Positions 35,923-48,667 are shown, numbered from the stretch's first letter. The stretch is 64,000 bases of DNA from Escherichia coli (GCF_044324875.1 NZ_CP172185.1); one strand, 5' to 3'. Notes: generated by a model not told the origin, from the letters alone. Numbers and translations are program-made.

Positions 35923-36825
35923 ATGGCGAATCTTTATGACCTAAAAAAATTTGATCTGAATTTACTGGTCATATTTGAGTGTATTTATCAACATCTCAGC
36001 ATTAGTAAAGCGGCAGAATCATTATATATAACGCCCTCTGCTGTTAGTCAGTCGTTACAACGTTTACGTGCGCAATTTAATGACCCGTTATTCATTCGCT
36101 CAGGGAAAGGTATCGCGCCGACTACGACAGGGTTAAATCTGCATCATCATCTTGAGAAAAATCTCAGAGGCATTGAACAAACGATCAATATTGTTAATAA
36201 GTCTGAGCTAAAGAAAAATTTTATTATCTACGGTCCTCAGCTTATTTCTTGTACTAATAACAACATGCTAATCCGCTGTCTTAGACAAGATACTTCAATC
36301 GATATAGAATGCCATGACATACTGCTTTCAGCTGAAAATGCCGAAGAACTGTTGGTTCAACGCAAAACTGACCTGGCAATTACACTACAACCAGTAATTA
36401 GCCGCTCTGTCATCTGCATGCCGTTACATACTATTCGCAATTCTCTTATATGTAGCAACAAACATCCTCGTATTACCGATACCAGTAACTATGAACAAAT
36501 TATCGCCGAAGAATTCACCTTGTTAATATCTAAATCAGCAGGGATTGACGAAATTCAAATGGACATAGATGAACGTTTTATGAACCGTAAAGTTTCATTT
36601 CGCAGTTCTTCTTTGTTGACGATAATTAATAGTATTTCTGTTACTGACTTATTGGGCATTGTGCCCACCGAACTGTACGATTTACATCGTGATTTTTTGA
36701 AGTTACAAGAGATAAAACTGGAACGACCACTTCCTGCGGTTAAACTTTATATTTCCTATAACAAGGCTTCGTTGAACAACCTTGTCTTCTCACGATTCAT
36801 AGATCGTTTAAATGATAGCTTCTGA
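35923..36825 (+). CDS. ybdO: LysR-family transcriptional regulator YbdO
   Basis: ORF trimmed to MANLYDLKKFDLNLL start (300 aa); N-terminal HTH; conspicuously AT-rich coding sequence. Confidence 0.8.
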   Translation: MANLYDLKKFDLNLLVIFECIYQHLSISKAAESLYITPSAVSQSLQRLRAQFNDPLFIRSGKGIAPTTTGLNLHHHLEKNLRGIEQTINIVNKSELKKNFIIYGPQLISCTNNNMLIRCLRQDTSIDIECHDILLSAENAEELLVQRKTDLAITLQPVISRSVICMPLHTIRNSLICSNKHPRITDTSNYEQIIAEEFTLLISKSAGIDEIQMDIDERFMNRKVSFRSSSLLTIINSISVTDLLGIVPTELYDLHRDFLKLQEIKLERPLPAVKLYISYNKASLNNLVFSRFIDRLNDSF

Positions 36826-36971
36826 TTTATTACCACGGATAAATGTTATATTACGCATCAATTGATTCATTGTGTGAATATAAAATAATGTGCTCTATCT
36901 TGCTTCGTTTACCCTATAATTAGCGGATTCATCTCACGAGTCACCCCGTAACGTTCAGAGAGCGTTTTCAG

Positions 36972-38192
36972 ATGTCTATTTATAAAATCCCGCTTCCACT
37001 GAATATTCTGGAAGCTGCAAAAGAACGTATTACCTGGACACTTAACACCCTACCCCGCGTCTGCGTTTCTTTTTCGGGTGGTAAAGATTCCGGATTAATG
37101 CTGCATCTGACCGCCGAACTTGCCCGACAAATGGGCAAAAAAATTTGTGTTTTATTTATCGACTGGGAAGCTCAGTTCTCTTGCACCATTAACTATGTTC
37201 AGTCCCTGCGCGAGTTGTACACCGATGTCATCGAAGAGTTTTACTGGGTTGCGCTCCCGCTTACAACGCAAAATTCCCTATCACAATACCAACCCGAATG
37301 GCAGTGCTGGGAACCTGATGTCGAATGGGTACGTCAGCCCCCGCAAGATGCGATAACCGATCCTGACTTTTTCTCCTTTTACCAGCCTGGCATGACCTTC
37401 GAACAATTTGTGCGTGAGTTTGCCGAATGGTTTTCGCAAAAACGTCCGGCGGCGATGATGATCGGCATCCGTGCGGATGAGTCCTACAACCGTTTTGTCG
37501 CCATCGCCAGTTTAAATAAACAACGTTTTGCCGATGATAAGCCCTGGACCACTGCCGCACCAGGCGGTCATAGCTGGTACATTTACCCCATCTACGACTG
37601 GAAAGTCGCTGATATCTGGACCTGGTATGCTAGCCATCAACGCCTCTGTAACCCACTGTATAATATAATGTATCAGGCAGGCGTTCCTCTACGTCATATG
37701 CGAATTTGCGAACCTTTTGGTCCGGAACAACGGCAAGGATTATGGCTCTATCACGTTATCGAACCGGATCGCTGGGCTGCTATGTGCGCACGAGTCAGCG
37801 GGGTAAAAAGTGGCGGCATTTACGCCGGACATGACAACCATTTTTATGGTCATCGGAAAATCCTCAAGCCCGAACATTTAGACTGGCAGGAGTATGCATT
37901 ATTGCTACTCAACAGCATGCCGGAGAAAACAGCTGAGCATTATCGCAATAAAATCGCCATTTATTTGCACTGGTATCAGAAAAAAGGCATCGAGGTTCCA
38001 CAAACCCAGCAAGGGGACATTGGCGCGAAAGATATCCCCTCCTGGCGGCGAATATGCAAAGTTTTACTCAATAACGATTACTGGTGTCGGGCATTATCAT
38101 TTAGCCCGACCAAAGCGAAGAACTATCAGCGTTATAACGAACGAATAAAAGGAAAACGTCAGGAATGGGGGATACTATGCAACAACGATTAA
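36972..38192 (+). CDS. ybdN: PAPS-reductase-like / PP-loop ATP pyrophosphatase family protein YbdN (IbrA-like)
   Basis: 406 aa; PP-loop SGGKDS at residues 35-40 (nt 37074..37091); 3' end overlaps ybdM by 28 nt. Confidence 0.8.
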   Translation: MSIYKIPLPLNILEAAKERITWTLNTLPRVCVSFSGGKDSGLMLHLTAELARQMGKKICVLFIDWEAQFSCTINYVQSLRELYTDVIEEFYWVALPLTTQNSLSQYQPEWQCWEPDVEWVRQPPQDAITDPDFFSFYQPGMTFEQFVREFAEWFSQKRPAAMMIGIRADESYNRFVAIASLNKQRFADDKPWTTAAPGGHSWYIYPIYDWKVADIWTWYASHQRLCNPLYNIMYQAGVPLRHMRICEPFGPEQRQGLWLYHVIEPDRWAAMCARVSGVKSGGIYAGHDNHFYGHRKILKPEHLDWQEYALLLLNSMPEKTAEHYRNKIAIYLHWYQKKGIEVPQTQQGDIGAKDIPSWRRICKVLLNNDYWCRALSFSPTKAKNYQRYNERIKGKRQEWGILCNND

Positions 38193-38794
38193 CGCAGGAT
38201 TTAACCCAATTTCTCGCCAGCTTGCCGGAAGACGATCGCATCAAAGCGATTAATGAAATCCGCATGGCGATCCATCAGGTTAGCCCCTTTCGAGAAGAGC
38301 CAGTGGATTGCGTTCTGTGGGTTAAAAACAGCCAACTTATGCCTAATGATTACAACCCAAACAACGTGGCACCACCCGAAAAAAAACTGCTGAAAAAATC
38401 CATTGAAATAGATGGTTTTACCCAACCCATTGTGGTCACGCATACGGATAAAAATGCCCTGGAAATCGTGGATGGTTTTCACCGCCATGAAATTGGTAAA
38501 GGCTCATCATCGTTAAAATTACGCTTAAAAGGTTATTTGCCGGTGACCTGTCTGGAAGGTACGCGTAATCAACGCATCGCCGCGACTATTCGTCATAACC
38601 GCGCTCGTGGTCGCCACCAAATCACTGCCATGTCCGAAATTGTTCGTGAACTCAGCCAGTTGGGATGGGACGATCATAAAATCGGCAAAGAGCTGGGAAT
38701 GGACAGCGACGAAGTGCTGCGCCTGAAACAAATTAATGGCCTGCAAGAGTTGTTTGCCGACCGTCAATATTCCCGTGCCTGGACTGTCAAATAA
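38165..38794 (+). CDS. ybdM: ParB/Srx-like domain protein YbdM (IbrB-like)
   Basis: 209 aa; DGFHR motif (nt 38471..38485) resembling the DGQHR/ParB box. Confidence 0.8.
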   Translation: MGDTMQQRLTQDLTQFLASLPEDDRIKAINEIRMAIHQVSPFREEPVDCVLWVKNSQLMPNDYNPNNVAPPEKKLLKKSIEIDGFTQPIVVTHTDKNALEIVDGFHRHEIGKGSSSLKLRLKGYLPVTCLEGTRNQRIAATIRHNRARGRHQITAMSEIVRELSQLGWDDHKIGKELGMDSDEVLRLKQINGLQELFADRQYSRAWTVK

Positions 38795-39955
38795 CTACAG
38801 CTGGCGCAGGCGTTCAGCTGCAGCCAGCAACGTCGATTCCTTCTTGGCAAAACAGAGACGAATCAGTTTATGGGGGAAGGGATCGGCGCAAAACACCGAC
38901 AGCGGAATCGCCGCTACACCGTGCTCCCGCGTCAGCCACTGGCAAAACTCAACGTCATCCAGCGAAGAAACCGCGCTGTAATCCACCAGCAAAAAGTAAG
39001 TGCCTTCGCACGGTAAAATCTCCAGCCGACTCTCACTTAAGGCATTCACCAGAATATCGCGTTTCTGGCGATAAAAGTCCGGTAACGCAAGATAATGCTC
39101 AGGTTCTGCACGTAGCATATCCGCAAGTGCCAGCTGTGCCGGGGTATTCACCGAAAAGGTCAGATACTGGTGTACCTTGCGAATTTCAGCGCTGATGGGC
39201 GCTGGCGCAACGCAATAACCCACTTTCCAGCCGGTCATATGATAGGTCTTGCCAAATGAAGAAACTGCCACCGCCCGCTCACGCAGCTGCGGATGCGCCA
39301 GCACGCTGGCATGGCCCTGTTGTGAAAAGTTGATGTGCTCGTAAACTTCATCGCTAATGACAAAAATCTCGTGCCCGCCGATCGCCTGCCACAAAGCGGC
39401 GAAATCAGCCTGCTGCCAGACAGTTGCACTGGGGTTATGCGGGGTGTTGAGGATCACCAGTCGGGTGCGCTCGCTTAACAATGCGGCAAATTCCTGCCAG
39501 TCCACGCGAAAATGCGGTGGTTGCAGTGCAATACGTTTCACTATTCCCCCCGAAAGCGCGATGGCGGGCGCGTAACTGTCATAGCTGGGATCAAAGCAGA
39601 TCACTTCATCACCATTGCGCACCAATGCGGTAATCGCTGCATATAACGCTTCCGTCGCCCCTGCCGTTACGGTGATATCGCTATCGGCATCCGGTTGATA
39701 GCCATACAGACGTTCCGTTTTCTGAGCAATCGCCTCGCGCAAGGCCTGCACGCCAGTCATAGGCGCGTATTGGTTTGCCCCCTGGGCAACGTGGTACGCC
39801 AGCCGCTCCTGCAAATAGCGCGGACCATCAAAATCAGGAAAGCCTTGTGACAGGTTAATCGCCTGGTGTTGCTGCGCCAGCGCGCTCATCTGGGTGAAAA
39901 TAGTGGTGCCAAGTTGTGGAAGTTTGCTTTGTGGAATCAGAGGGTTATTTGTCAT
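38795..39955 (-). CDS. ybdL: methionine aminotransferase (PLP-dependent, class I)
   Basis: 386 aa; PLP-lysine context SSFGKTYHMTGWKVGY; stop codon abuts ybdM stop (convergent, zero spacer). Confidence 0.88.
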   Translation of the reverse strand: MTNNPLIPQSKLPQLGTTIFTQMSALAQQHQAINLSQGFPDFDGPRYLQERLAYHVAQGANQYAPMTGVQALREAIAQKTERLYGYQPDADSDITVTAGATEALYAAITALVRNGDEVICFDPSYDSYAPAIALSGGIVKRIALQPPHFRVDWQEFAALLSERTRLVILNTPHNPSATVWQQADFAALWQAIGGHEIFVISDEVYEHINFSQQGHASVLAHPQLRERAVAVSSFGKTYHMTGWKVGYCVAPAPISAEIRKVHQYLTFSVNTPAQLALADMLRAEPEHYLALPDFYRQKRDILVNALSESRLEILPCEGTYFLLVDYSAVSSLDDVEFCQWLTREHGVAAIPLSVFCADPFPHKLIRLCFAKKESTLLAAAERLRQL

Positions 39956-40062
39956 TTTTTATTGTGCCTGACGAAGTTGTGTTGAAGGCACTATAACACG
40001 ATGCTAGCATTTGGCAATCAAGACGTTTAGATGTCTAAATAAAACAATAAGGACAACACAAC

Positions 40063-41151
40063 ATGCCTCACAATCCTATCCGCGTGGTCGTCGGCCCGGC
40101 TAACTACTTTTCACATCCAGGAAGTTTCAATCACCTGCACGATTTTTTCACTGATGAACAGCTTTCTCACGCGGTGTGGATCTACGGCGAACGCGCCATT
40201 GCTGCGGCGCAAACCAAACTTCCGCCAGCGTTTGAACGGCCAGGGGCAAAGCATATTTTGTTTCGCGGTCATTGCAGCGAAAGCGATGTACAACAACTGG
40301 CGGCTGACTCCGGTGACGACCGCAGCGTGGTGATTGGCGTCGGCGGCGGCGCACTGCTCGACACCGCGAAAGCCCTCGCCCGCCGTCTCGGTCTGCCGTT
40401 TGTTGCCGTTCCGACGATCGCCGCTACCTGCGCAGCCTGGACACCGCTCTCCGTCTGGTATAACGATGCCGGACAGGCGCTGCATTATGAGATTTTCGAC
40501 GACGCCAATTTTATGGTGCTGGTGGAACCGGAGATTATCCTCAACGCGCCGCAAGAATATCTGCTGGCGGGGATCGGTGACACGCTGGCGAAATGGTATG
40601 AAGCGGTGGTGCTGGCCCCGCAACCAGAAACGTTGCCGTTAACCGTGCGGCTGGGGATCAATAATGCGCAGGCCATTCGCGACGTATTGTTAAACAATAG
40701 CGAACAGGCGCTTGCCGATCAGCAAAATCAACAGTTAACGCAATCATTTTGCGATGTGGTGGATGCGATTATCGCCGGAGGTGGAATGGTCGGTGGTCTG
40801 GGCGATCGTTTTACGCGTGTGGCGGCGGCCCATGCCGTGCATAACGGTCTGACCGTGCTGCCGCAAACCGAGAAGTTTCTCCACGGCACCAAAGTCGCCT
40901 ACGGAATTCTGGTGCAAAGCGCCTTGCTGGGTCAGGATGATGTGCTGGCACAATTAACCGGGGCGTATCAGCGTTTTCATCTGCCGACTACGCTGGCGGA
41001 GCTGGAAGTGGATATCAATAATCAGGCGGAGATCGACAAAGTGATTGCCCACACCTTACGTCCGGTGGAATCCATTCATTACCTGCCGGTCACGCTGACA
41101 CCAGATACGTTGCGTGCAGCGTTCGAAAAAGTGGAATCGTTTAAAGCCTGA
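40063..41151 (+). CDS. ybdH: iron-containing alcohol/hydroxycarboxylate dehydrogenase family protein YbdH
   Basis: 362 aa; nucleotide-binding GGGALLDTAKA motif. Confidence 0.85.
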   Translation: MPHNPIRVVVGPANYFSHPGSFNHLHDFFTDEQLSHAVWIYGERAIAAAQTKLPPAFERPGAKHILFRGHCSESDVQQLAADSGDDRSVVIGVGGGALLDTAKALARRLGLPFVAVPTIAATCAAWTPLSVWYNDAGQALHYEIFDDANFMVLVEPEIILNAPQEYLLAGIGDTLAKWYEAVVLAPQPETLPLTVRLGINNAQAIRDVLLNNSEQALADQQNQQLTQSFCDVVDAIIAGGGMVGGLGDRFTRVAAAHAVHNGLTVLPQTEKFLHGTKVAYGILVQSALLGQDDVLAQLTGAYQRFHLPTTLAELEVDINNQAEIDKVIAHTLRPVESIHYLPVTLTPDTLRAAFEKVESFKA

Positions 41152-41160
41152 CGTACATAT

Positions 41161-41358
41161 TTAGCAGCAGCGCGCGCCGCCTTTTCCACCGTAGCGCGCG
41201 TCCTGCCGCTCACGGAAAAACTCCTCGTAGGTCATCGGCGTTTGATCGGGATGGTTAACCCGCATATGTTCGACATAGTTGTCGTAATCAGGCATACCAA
41301 TCATCAGCTTCGCCGCCTGACCTAAATATTTTCCGGCTTTTGCCAGTGAATCAAACAT
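41161..41358 (-). CDS. ybdD: DUF466 small protein YbdD (partner of CstA)
   Basis: 65-aa ORF matching remembered YbdD, downstream of cstA on the same strand. Confidence 0.8.
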   Translation of the reverse strand: MFDSLAKAGKYLGQAAKLMIGMPDYDNYVEHMRVNHPDQTPMTYEEFFRERQDARYGGKGGARCC

Positions 41359-41390
41359 TAATACCTCCGGTAATCAGGTTGCCAGGAGAG

Positions 41391-41428
41391 TGCCGGATGC
41401 GGCGTGAACGCCTTATCCGGCCTACAAA
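41391..41428. repeat. REP (repetitive extragenic palindromic) element
   Basis: TGCCGGATGCGGCGTGAACGCCTTATCCGGCCTAC, canonical E. coli REP; the same sequence recurs at 63137. Confidence 0.75.
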
Positions 41429-41450
41429 TGCTATCAACGCGCTCGGTCAG

Positions 41451-41496
41451 TCCCCTCGCCCCATCGGGGAGAGGGTTAGGGTGAGAGGGAACCCTC
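41451..41496. repeat. G/C-rich palindromic intergenic repeat adjacent to REP
   Basis: CCCCTCGCCCC-ATC-GGGGAGAGGG followed by GAGGG-AA-CCCTC; imperfect palindromes typical of BIME-associated units. Confidence 0.4.
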
Positions 41497-41539
41497 GGCA
41501 CTATGCCAACATTCGCCAACATCCCCCCTCACTCTGACT

Positions 41540-43645
41540 TTAGTGTGCGCCTTTTGCCTGCGCCACGATCTCCTCGACATTTTCCGGCATCGGCTCATAC
41601 GGCGTTTCTTTCGCCGTTGGCTTCGGCTCTTTCAATGCCGCCAGTGCCGTCTTAATCGAGAACAGCGCCAGAACCACCACGACCACCATAAAGAAGATGG
41701 TTAACCCAGCATCCAGACGGTTGTTGAATACCAGTTGCGCCAGTTGTGACTCAGTATACTGCGACGGAATATTGCCGCTGTCGATCATTGCCTGGAACTT
41801 GTTAGCAATCGCCAGGAAGCCGACTTTCGCATCCGGGCTAAACGCTTTCTGCCAGCCAGCGGTCAGTGTACAAATCAGCAGCCAGGCCGTTGGTACCAGC
41901 GCCACCCAGGCGTAACGTTGACGTTTCATTTTGAACAGCACCACGGCACAAAGCATCAGCGCCATTCCTGCCAGCATCTGGTTGGCAATACCAAACAGCG
42001 GCCACAGAGTGTTAATACCGCCCAGCGGATCGACCACACCCTGATGGAGGAAGTAGCCCCACGCCAGTACGCACAGCGCCGTTGCCAGCAGGTTAGCAGG
42101 CAGTGAATCGGTCCGTTTCAGGCCCGGAGACACCACGCCCAGCAGATCCTGCAACATAAAACGCGCAGCTCGCGTACCTGCATCCACCGCCGTCAGAATA
42201 AACAGTGCTTCAAACAGAATGGCGAAGTGATACCAGAACGCCACATCCATCATGCCGCCCAGCGCGCCGTGCAGAATGTAGGCCATCCCCACCGCCAGCG
42301 TCGGCGCACCGCCCGCACGGGAAATGATCGACTGTTCACCCACTTCGCTGGCAATCTGGTTGAGCGTATCTGGTGTAATGCTAAAGCCCCAGCTACTCAC
42401 CACCTGCGCGGCAGAAGCGACCACATCCGCCGTCCCTGCCGGAGCCAGCACCGCCATCGGGCTGTTCATAGCGAAGTACACACCTGGATCGATGATACAG
42501 GCGGAAACCAGCGCCATAATCGCCACGAAGGATTCCATTAACATCCCGCCGTAGCCGATAAAACACGCCTGCCCTTCGTTCGCCAGCATCTTCGGCGTGG
42601 TACCGGAAGAGATCAGCGCATGGAAGCCAGACACCGCGCCACAAGCGATGGTGATAAACAGGAACGGGAACAGGTTACCGGTCCATACCGGGCCAGTGCC
42701 ATCAACAAACTTAGTCAGCGCAGGCATGGTCAGCGTCGGGCGCATAATCAAAATGCCTACTGCCAGGCCGACGATAGTCCCGATTTTCAGGAAGGTAGAG
42801 AGGTAGTCACGCGGGGCCAGCAGCAACCACACCGGCAGCACCGCCGCCACGAAGCCGTAACCCACCAGCATCCAGGTCAGCTGCACACCCGTAAAATCAA
42901 AGTACGGTGCCCAGGTCGGGCTTTCTGCCACCCAGCCGCCAGAGATAATGGCGAAAATCAGGAATACCAGGCCAATCACCGATACTTCGCCAATACGCCC
43001 CGGACGCAGATAACGCAGGTAGATCCCCATAAACAGCGCCAGCGGAATGGTGAACGCAACGGTATACGTTCCCCACGGACTATGGGTCAGGGCTTTCACC
43101 ACGATCATCGCCAGCACGGCAAGGATAATGACCATGATCATAAAGCAGGCCACCAGCGCAATCACCCCGGCGGTTGGCCCCATCTCTTCTTTGACCAACT
43201 CACCCAGCGAGCGACCGTCACGACGCGTAGAAACAAACAGCACCATGAAATCCTGCACTGCACCGGCGAGAACCACCCCGGCGAGTAGCCAGATCATCCC
43301 TGGCAGGTAGCCCATTTGCGCTGCCAGCACCGGCCCAACCAACGGACCTGCTCCGGCAATGGCCGCAAAATGGTGACCGAACAGCACTTTCTTGTCCGTC
43401 GGCACATAGTCCAGGCCGTCGTTATGGCGCACCGCTGGCGTCATACGCGTCGGGTCAACTGCCAGCACATTTTTGGCGATATACAGGCCATAAAAACGGT
43501 AAGCGATCAGATAGATACAGACCGACGCCACCACAATCCACAGTGCGTTGATCTGTTCCCCACGATTTAAAGCAATGTATCCCAGAGCAAATGCTCCCAT
43601 TACAGAGAGCACTGTCCAGACGAGGTATTTCCCTGATTTGTTCAT
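41540..43645 (-). CDS. cstA: carbon starvation protein A (peptide/pyruvate transporter family)
   Basis: 701 aa polytopic membrane protein matching remembered CstA. Confidence 0.92.
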   Translation of the reverse strand: MNKSGKYLVWTVLSVMGAFALGYIALNRGEQINALWIVVASVCIYLIAYRFYGLYIAKNVLAVDPTRMTPAVRHNDGLDYVPTDKKVLFGHHFAAIAGAGPLVGPVLAAQMGYLPGMIWLLAGVVLAGAVQDFMVLFVSTRRDGRSLGELVKEEMGPTAGVIALVACFMIMVIILAVLAMIVVKALTHSPWGTYTVAFTIPLALFMGIYLRYLRPGRIGEVSVIGLVFLIFAIISGGWVAESPTWAPYFDFTGVQLTWMLVGYGFVAAVLPVWLLLAPRDYLSTFLKIGTIVGLAVGILIMRPTLTMPALTKFVDGTGPVWTGNLFPFLFITIACGAVSGFHALISSGTTPKMLANEGQACFIGYGGMLMESFVAIMALVSACIIDPGVYFAMNSPMAVLAPAGTADVVASAAQVVSSWGFSITPDTLNQIASEVGEQSIISRAGGAPTLAVGMAYILHGALGGMMDVAFWYHFAILFEALFILTAVDAGTRAARFMLQDLLGVVSPGLKRTDSLPANLLATALCVLAWGYFLHQGVVDPLGGINTLWPLFGIANQMLAGMALMLCAVVLFKMKRQRYAWVALVPTAWLLICTLTAGWQKAFSPDAKVGFLAIANKFQAMIDSGNIPSQYTESQLAQLVFNNRLDAGLTIFFMVVVVVLALFSIKTALAALKEPKPTAKETPYEPMPENVEEIVAQAKGAH

Positions 43646-43825
43646 AGTTGTTATCCGTGTGCGTGTCCATAGAGATGTTACATTTTGTTTCTATAACATC
43701 TTTGTACAATTTAACAACACAGCAACCATGTAAATCGGAGTTGAAACCAATATTTAACTTAACAATGTTAACTCGATCACTCCGTTAACCGAGTTTTCCT
43801 GCAATCTCATTTAATTCTGTCGGGC

Positions 43826-44987
<1,162 letters not shown>

Positions 44988-44988
<1 letters not shown>

Positions 44989-45845
44989 TATTTCACCTCG
45001 CGGGAGAGTAGCTTCCACCAGGCATCGATGGTCGGGTTTTTCGCCAGCATGACAAAGTCGATATCGCCATGCACTTTGCGCCAGCGCGCCGCCAGCGCCA
45101 TCATCCGCACCGAATCCAGACCGTAGTCGATCAGGTTGTCGTCATCGAACGGTTCATCGGACTCGTCCAGCAACGGCAGGATCACCTCACGCAGCGCCGC
45201 TTTGCTGGCGGGGATAGGTGCTGGCAGCAATTCTTCGGTCATCACCACCCGGCCAGAACGTCCGGCCACATATTTCAGCGACATCAAATGCTCGTCACGG
45301 CTGAAATCGGCCAGCGCATCTGCCACCATAAACGGTTTAATATCGCGCATAAATGCGTCCGTTGCGGTGGTCATACAGCCAATGTGGGCATATACCCCGG
45401 TAATAATCAGCTGGTTACGTCCACTCTCTTTGAGCATTTGCTCCAGCGGAGAACGATGAAACGCGCTGTAGCGCCACTTCACCAGCACCGTGTCGTCGGC
45501 ATCTGGCGTCAGGCGATCCACCACCTTTTGCTGTTCCGGCGAACGGGTCAGGCCTGGCCCCCACATATCATTCAACAGCGCCCGATCTTCATCGCTCTGC
45601 TCTTTCGGCTGGGCGGTGTAATAAACCGGGATATTGTGCTGTTTGCAGTAGTCGCGTAGTGCCGCAATATTCGCGATCACCTGCTCCATCATCGGGCAGT
45701 TCTCGCCCCAGAAGCTGACAAAATAGTCCTGCATATCATGGATTAACAACGCGGCACGTTGCGGTTCAAAGGCCCAGTCTACTTTATTCTGCGGAATATC
45801 GTGAGACTCCGGCAGTGCGTAAGCCTCTAATTTTGGAATAGCCAT
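44988..45845 (-). CDS. entB: isochorismatase / aryl carrier protein EntB
   Basis: 285 aa; isochorismatase domain plus C-terminal ArCP with phosphopantetheine site (DYGLDSVRMM). Confidence 0.93.
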
Positions 45846-45858
45846 CGTGTTCTCTCCT

Positions 45859-47469
45859 TCAGGCTGATGCGCGTGACGCCAGCCACTGACGTAATTGTTT
45901 TTTATCGACTTTCCCGACCGCCGTCAGCGGAAGTGAATCTACACACTCCACGCGATCCGGTAATTTAAACTCGGCAATACCCTGTTCACGCAGGAAACGA
46001 CGCACCTGCACCGCGCGCAGCGGCTCTTTTACCACCAGATAAGCACAGCTTTTTTCGCCCATCAGCTCATCTTCCATGCTCACCAGTGCGGCGTAGATCA
46101 CCGCCGGGTGGCGCAGCAGCAGGTTTTCGATCTCTTCGGCAGCGATCTTCTCGCCGCCACGGTTAATCTGATCTTTCTCGCGCCCCTGCACGGTGATGTA
46201 ACCCTCTGGATCAATAGAGATCAGATCGCCGGAACAGTAAAAACCGTTGGCATCAAAGGCGCTGGCATTGTGCTGCGGGCTTTTGTAATAGCCGCGGAAG
46301 GTGTACGGACCGCGCGTCATCAGGCGTCCGACTTCCCCTTGCGGCAGTGGATTTCCTTCGGCATCGGCAACCCACACTTCATCGTCCGGGCACATTGGGT
46401 AACCCTGGGTATGGATAATTTTCTCCGCGCTATCATCAAGACGGGTGTAGTTCACCAGCCCTTCCGCCATGCCAAACACCTGCTGCAACTGGCAGCCAAT
46501 CTCAGCGGGAATACGCGCAGCAAGCGTGGCAGAAAGACGTGCACCACCGACCTGTAACAGTTTCAGCGAGGCAAGCTGCGCCCGGCTTTCGCCTTCAGCC
46601 AGCGCCTGTAACCACAGGCTGACTGCGGGCGGCACCAGCGCGGTGACGTTCACCTGATGTTTTTCAATCAATGGGAAGCAAAGCGTGGCGCTGGGGTCGG
46701 CCGCCAGAACCACAGTGCCGCCAGCGAGAAATACCCCCAACGATCCCGGTGAACTCATGGCGTAGTTATGAGCCGCCGGGATCGCGCACAGGTAGCGTGT
46801 CTGTTGTGTGAACTGACAAATCTCGACGCTACGACGCACGCTGTAGTAATAGTCATTATGAGTACGTGGGATCAGTTTCGGTGTGCCGGTGGTGCCGCCG
46901 GAAAGCTGGAAATAGGCCACTTCATCAGCAGGTGACGGCGTGGCAGTAAAATCCTCAGCCGGATGGTTAATCGCATCCTGCAAATTATGCTCACCGCTGT
47001 CGTTGTGCAGTTGCACCACGCGAATGGAGGAATGCTCTGCAACAAATGTATTGAGGAAATCATCTCCGCTAAACAGCGCATGCTGGCGATCGGCAATCAG
47101 TAACGCCGGTTCAATCTGGCTGGCATAGGCGTTCAGTTCACTACGCTGATGGCTGAACAGCGCCAGCACCGGCGCAACGCCCAGTTTCAGCAACGCGAAA
47201 AAGGTAATGTAAAGTTCAGCGACGTTACCCAGTTGTACCAGCGCGGTTTCACCAGGTTTAATGCCCTGACGGCGCAAACTACACGCGAGGTTATCCGCCG
47301 CCTGATTCAGCTCCCGGTAACTCAACTGCCGCTCGCCGTCGATGACCGCGATGCTGTCGCTTGCGGCATGACGGGTCAGAATGTCGGTCAGCGGCAAATC
47401 CTGCCAGTAGCCTTTTTCCCGATAGCGACGGGCAAACTCTTCCGGCCAGCGGGTGAATGGAATGCTCAT
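45859..47469 (-). CDS. entE: 2,3-dihydroxybenzoate-AMP ligase
   Basis: ORF trimmed to [12 protein letters not shown] start (536 aa); adenylation motifs ([13 protein letters not shown]). Confidence 0.93.
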   Translation of the reverse strand: MSIPFTRWPEEFARRYREKGYWQDLPLTDILTRHAASDSIAVIDGERQLSYRELNQAADNLACSLRRQGIKPGETALVQLGNVAELYITFFALLKLGVAPVLALFSHQRSELNAYASQIEPALLIADRQHALFSGDDFLNTFVAEHSSIRVVQLHNDSGEHNLQDAINHPAEDFTATPSPADEVAYFQLSGGTTGTPKLIPRTHNDYYYSVRRSVEICQFTQQTRYLCAIPAAHNYAMSSPGSLGVFLAGGTVVLAADPSATLCFPLIEKHQVNVTALVPPAVSLWLQALAEGESRAQLASLKLLQVGGARLSATLAARIPAEIGCQLQQVFGMAEGLVNYTRLDDSAEKIIHTQGYPMCPDDEVWVADAEGNPLPQGEVGRLMTRGPYTFRGYYKSPQHNASAFDANGFYCSGDLISIDPEGYITVQGREKDQINRGGEKIAAEEIENLLLRHPAVIYAALVSMEDELMGEKSCAYLVVKEPLRAVQVRRFLREQGIAEFKLPDRVECVDSLPLTAVGKVDKKQLRQWLASRASA

Positions 47470-47478
47470 CCTCACTCC

Positions 47479-48654
<1,176 letters not shown>

Positions 48655-48667
48655 ATCATCCTCCACA

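Noticed and set aside
42620-43288. 222-aa plus-strand ORF antisense to cstA, and similar antisense ORFs within mrdA (7614..8414), lipA (14648..15496), dpiB (21576..22145), ahpF (32550..33218), entE, entF and fepA
   Set aside because: All are embedded in recognised genes on the opposite strand, with biased His/Arg/Gln-rich composition and no ribosome-binding sites; treated as chance frames
43646-43825. 8-bp inverted repeat AGATGTTA-N13-TAACATCT upstream of cstA as a possible CRP site
   Set aside because: Does not match the TGTGA-N6-TCACA CRP core; kept as an unexplained dyad only, not called as a feature
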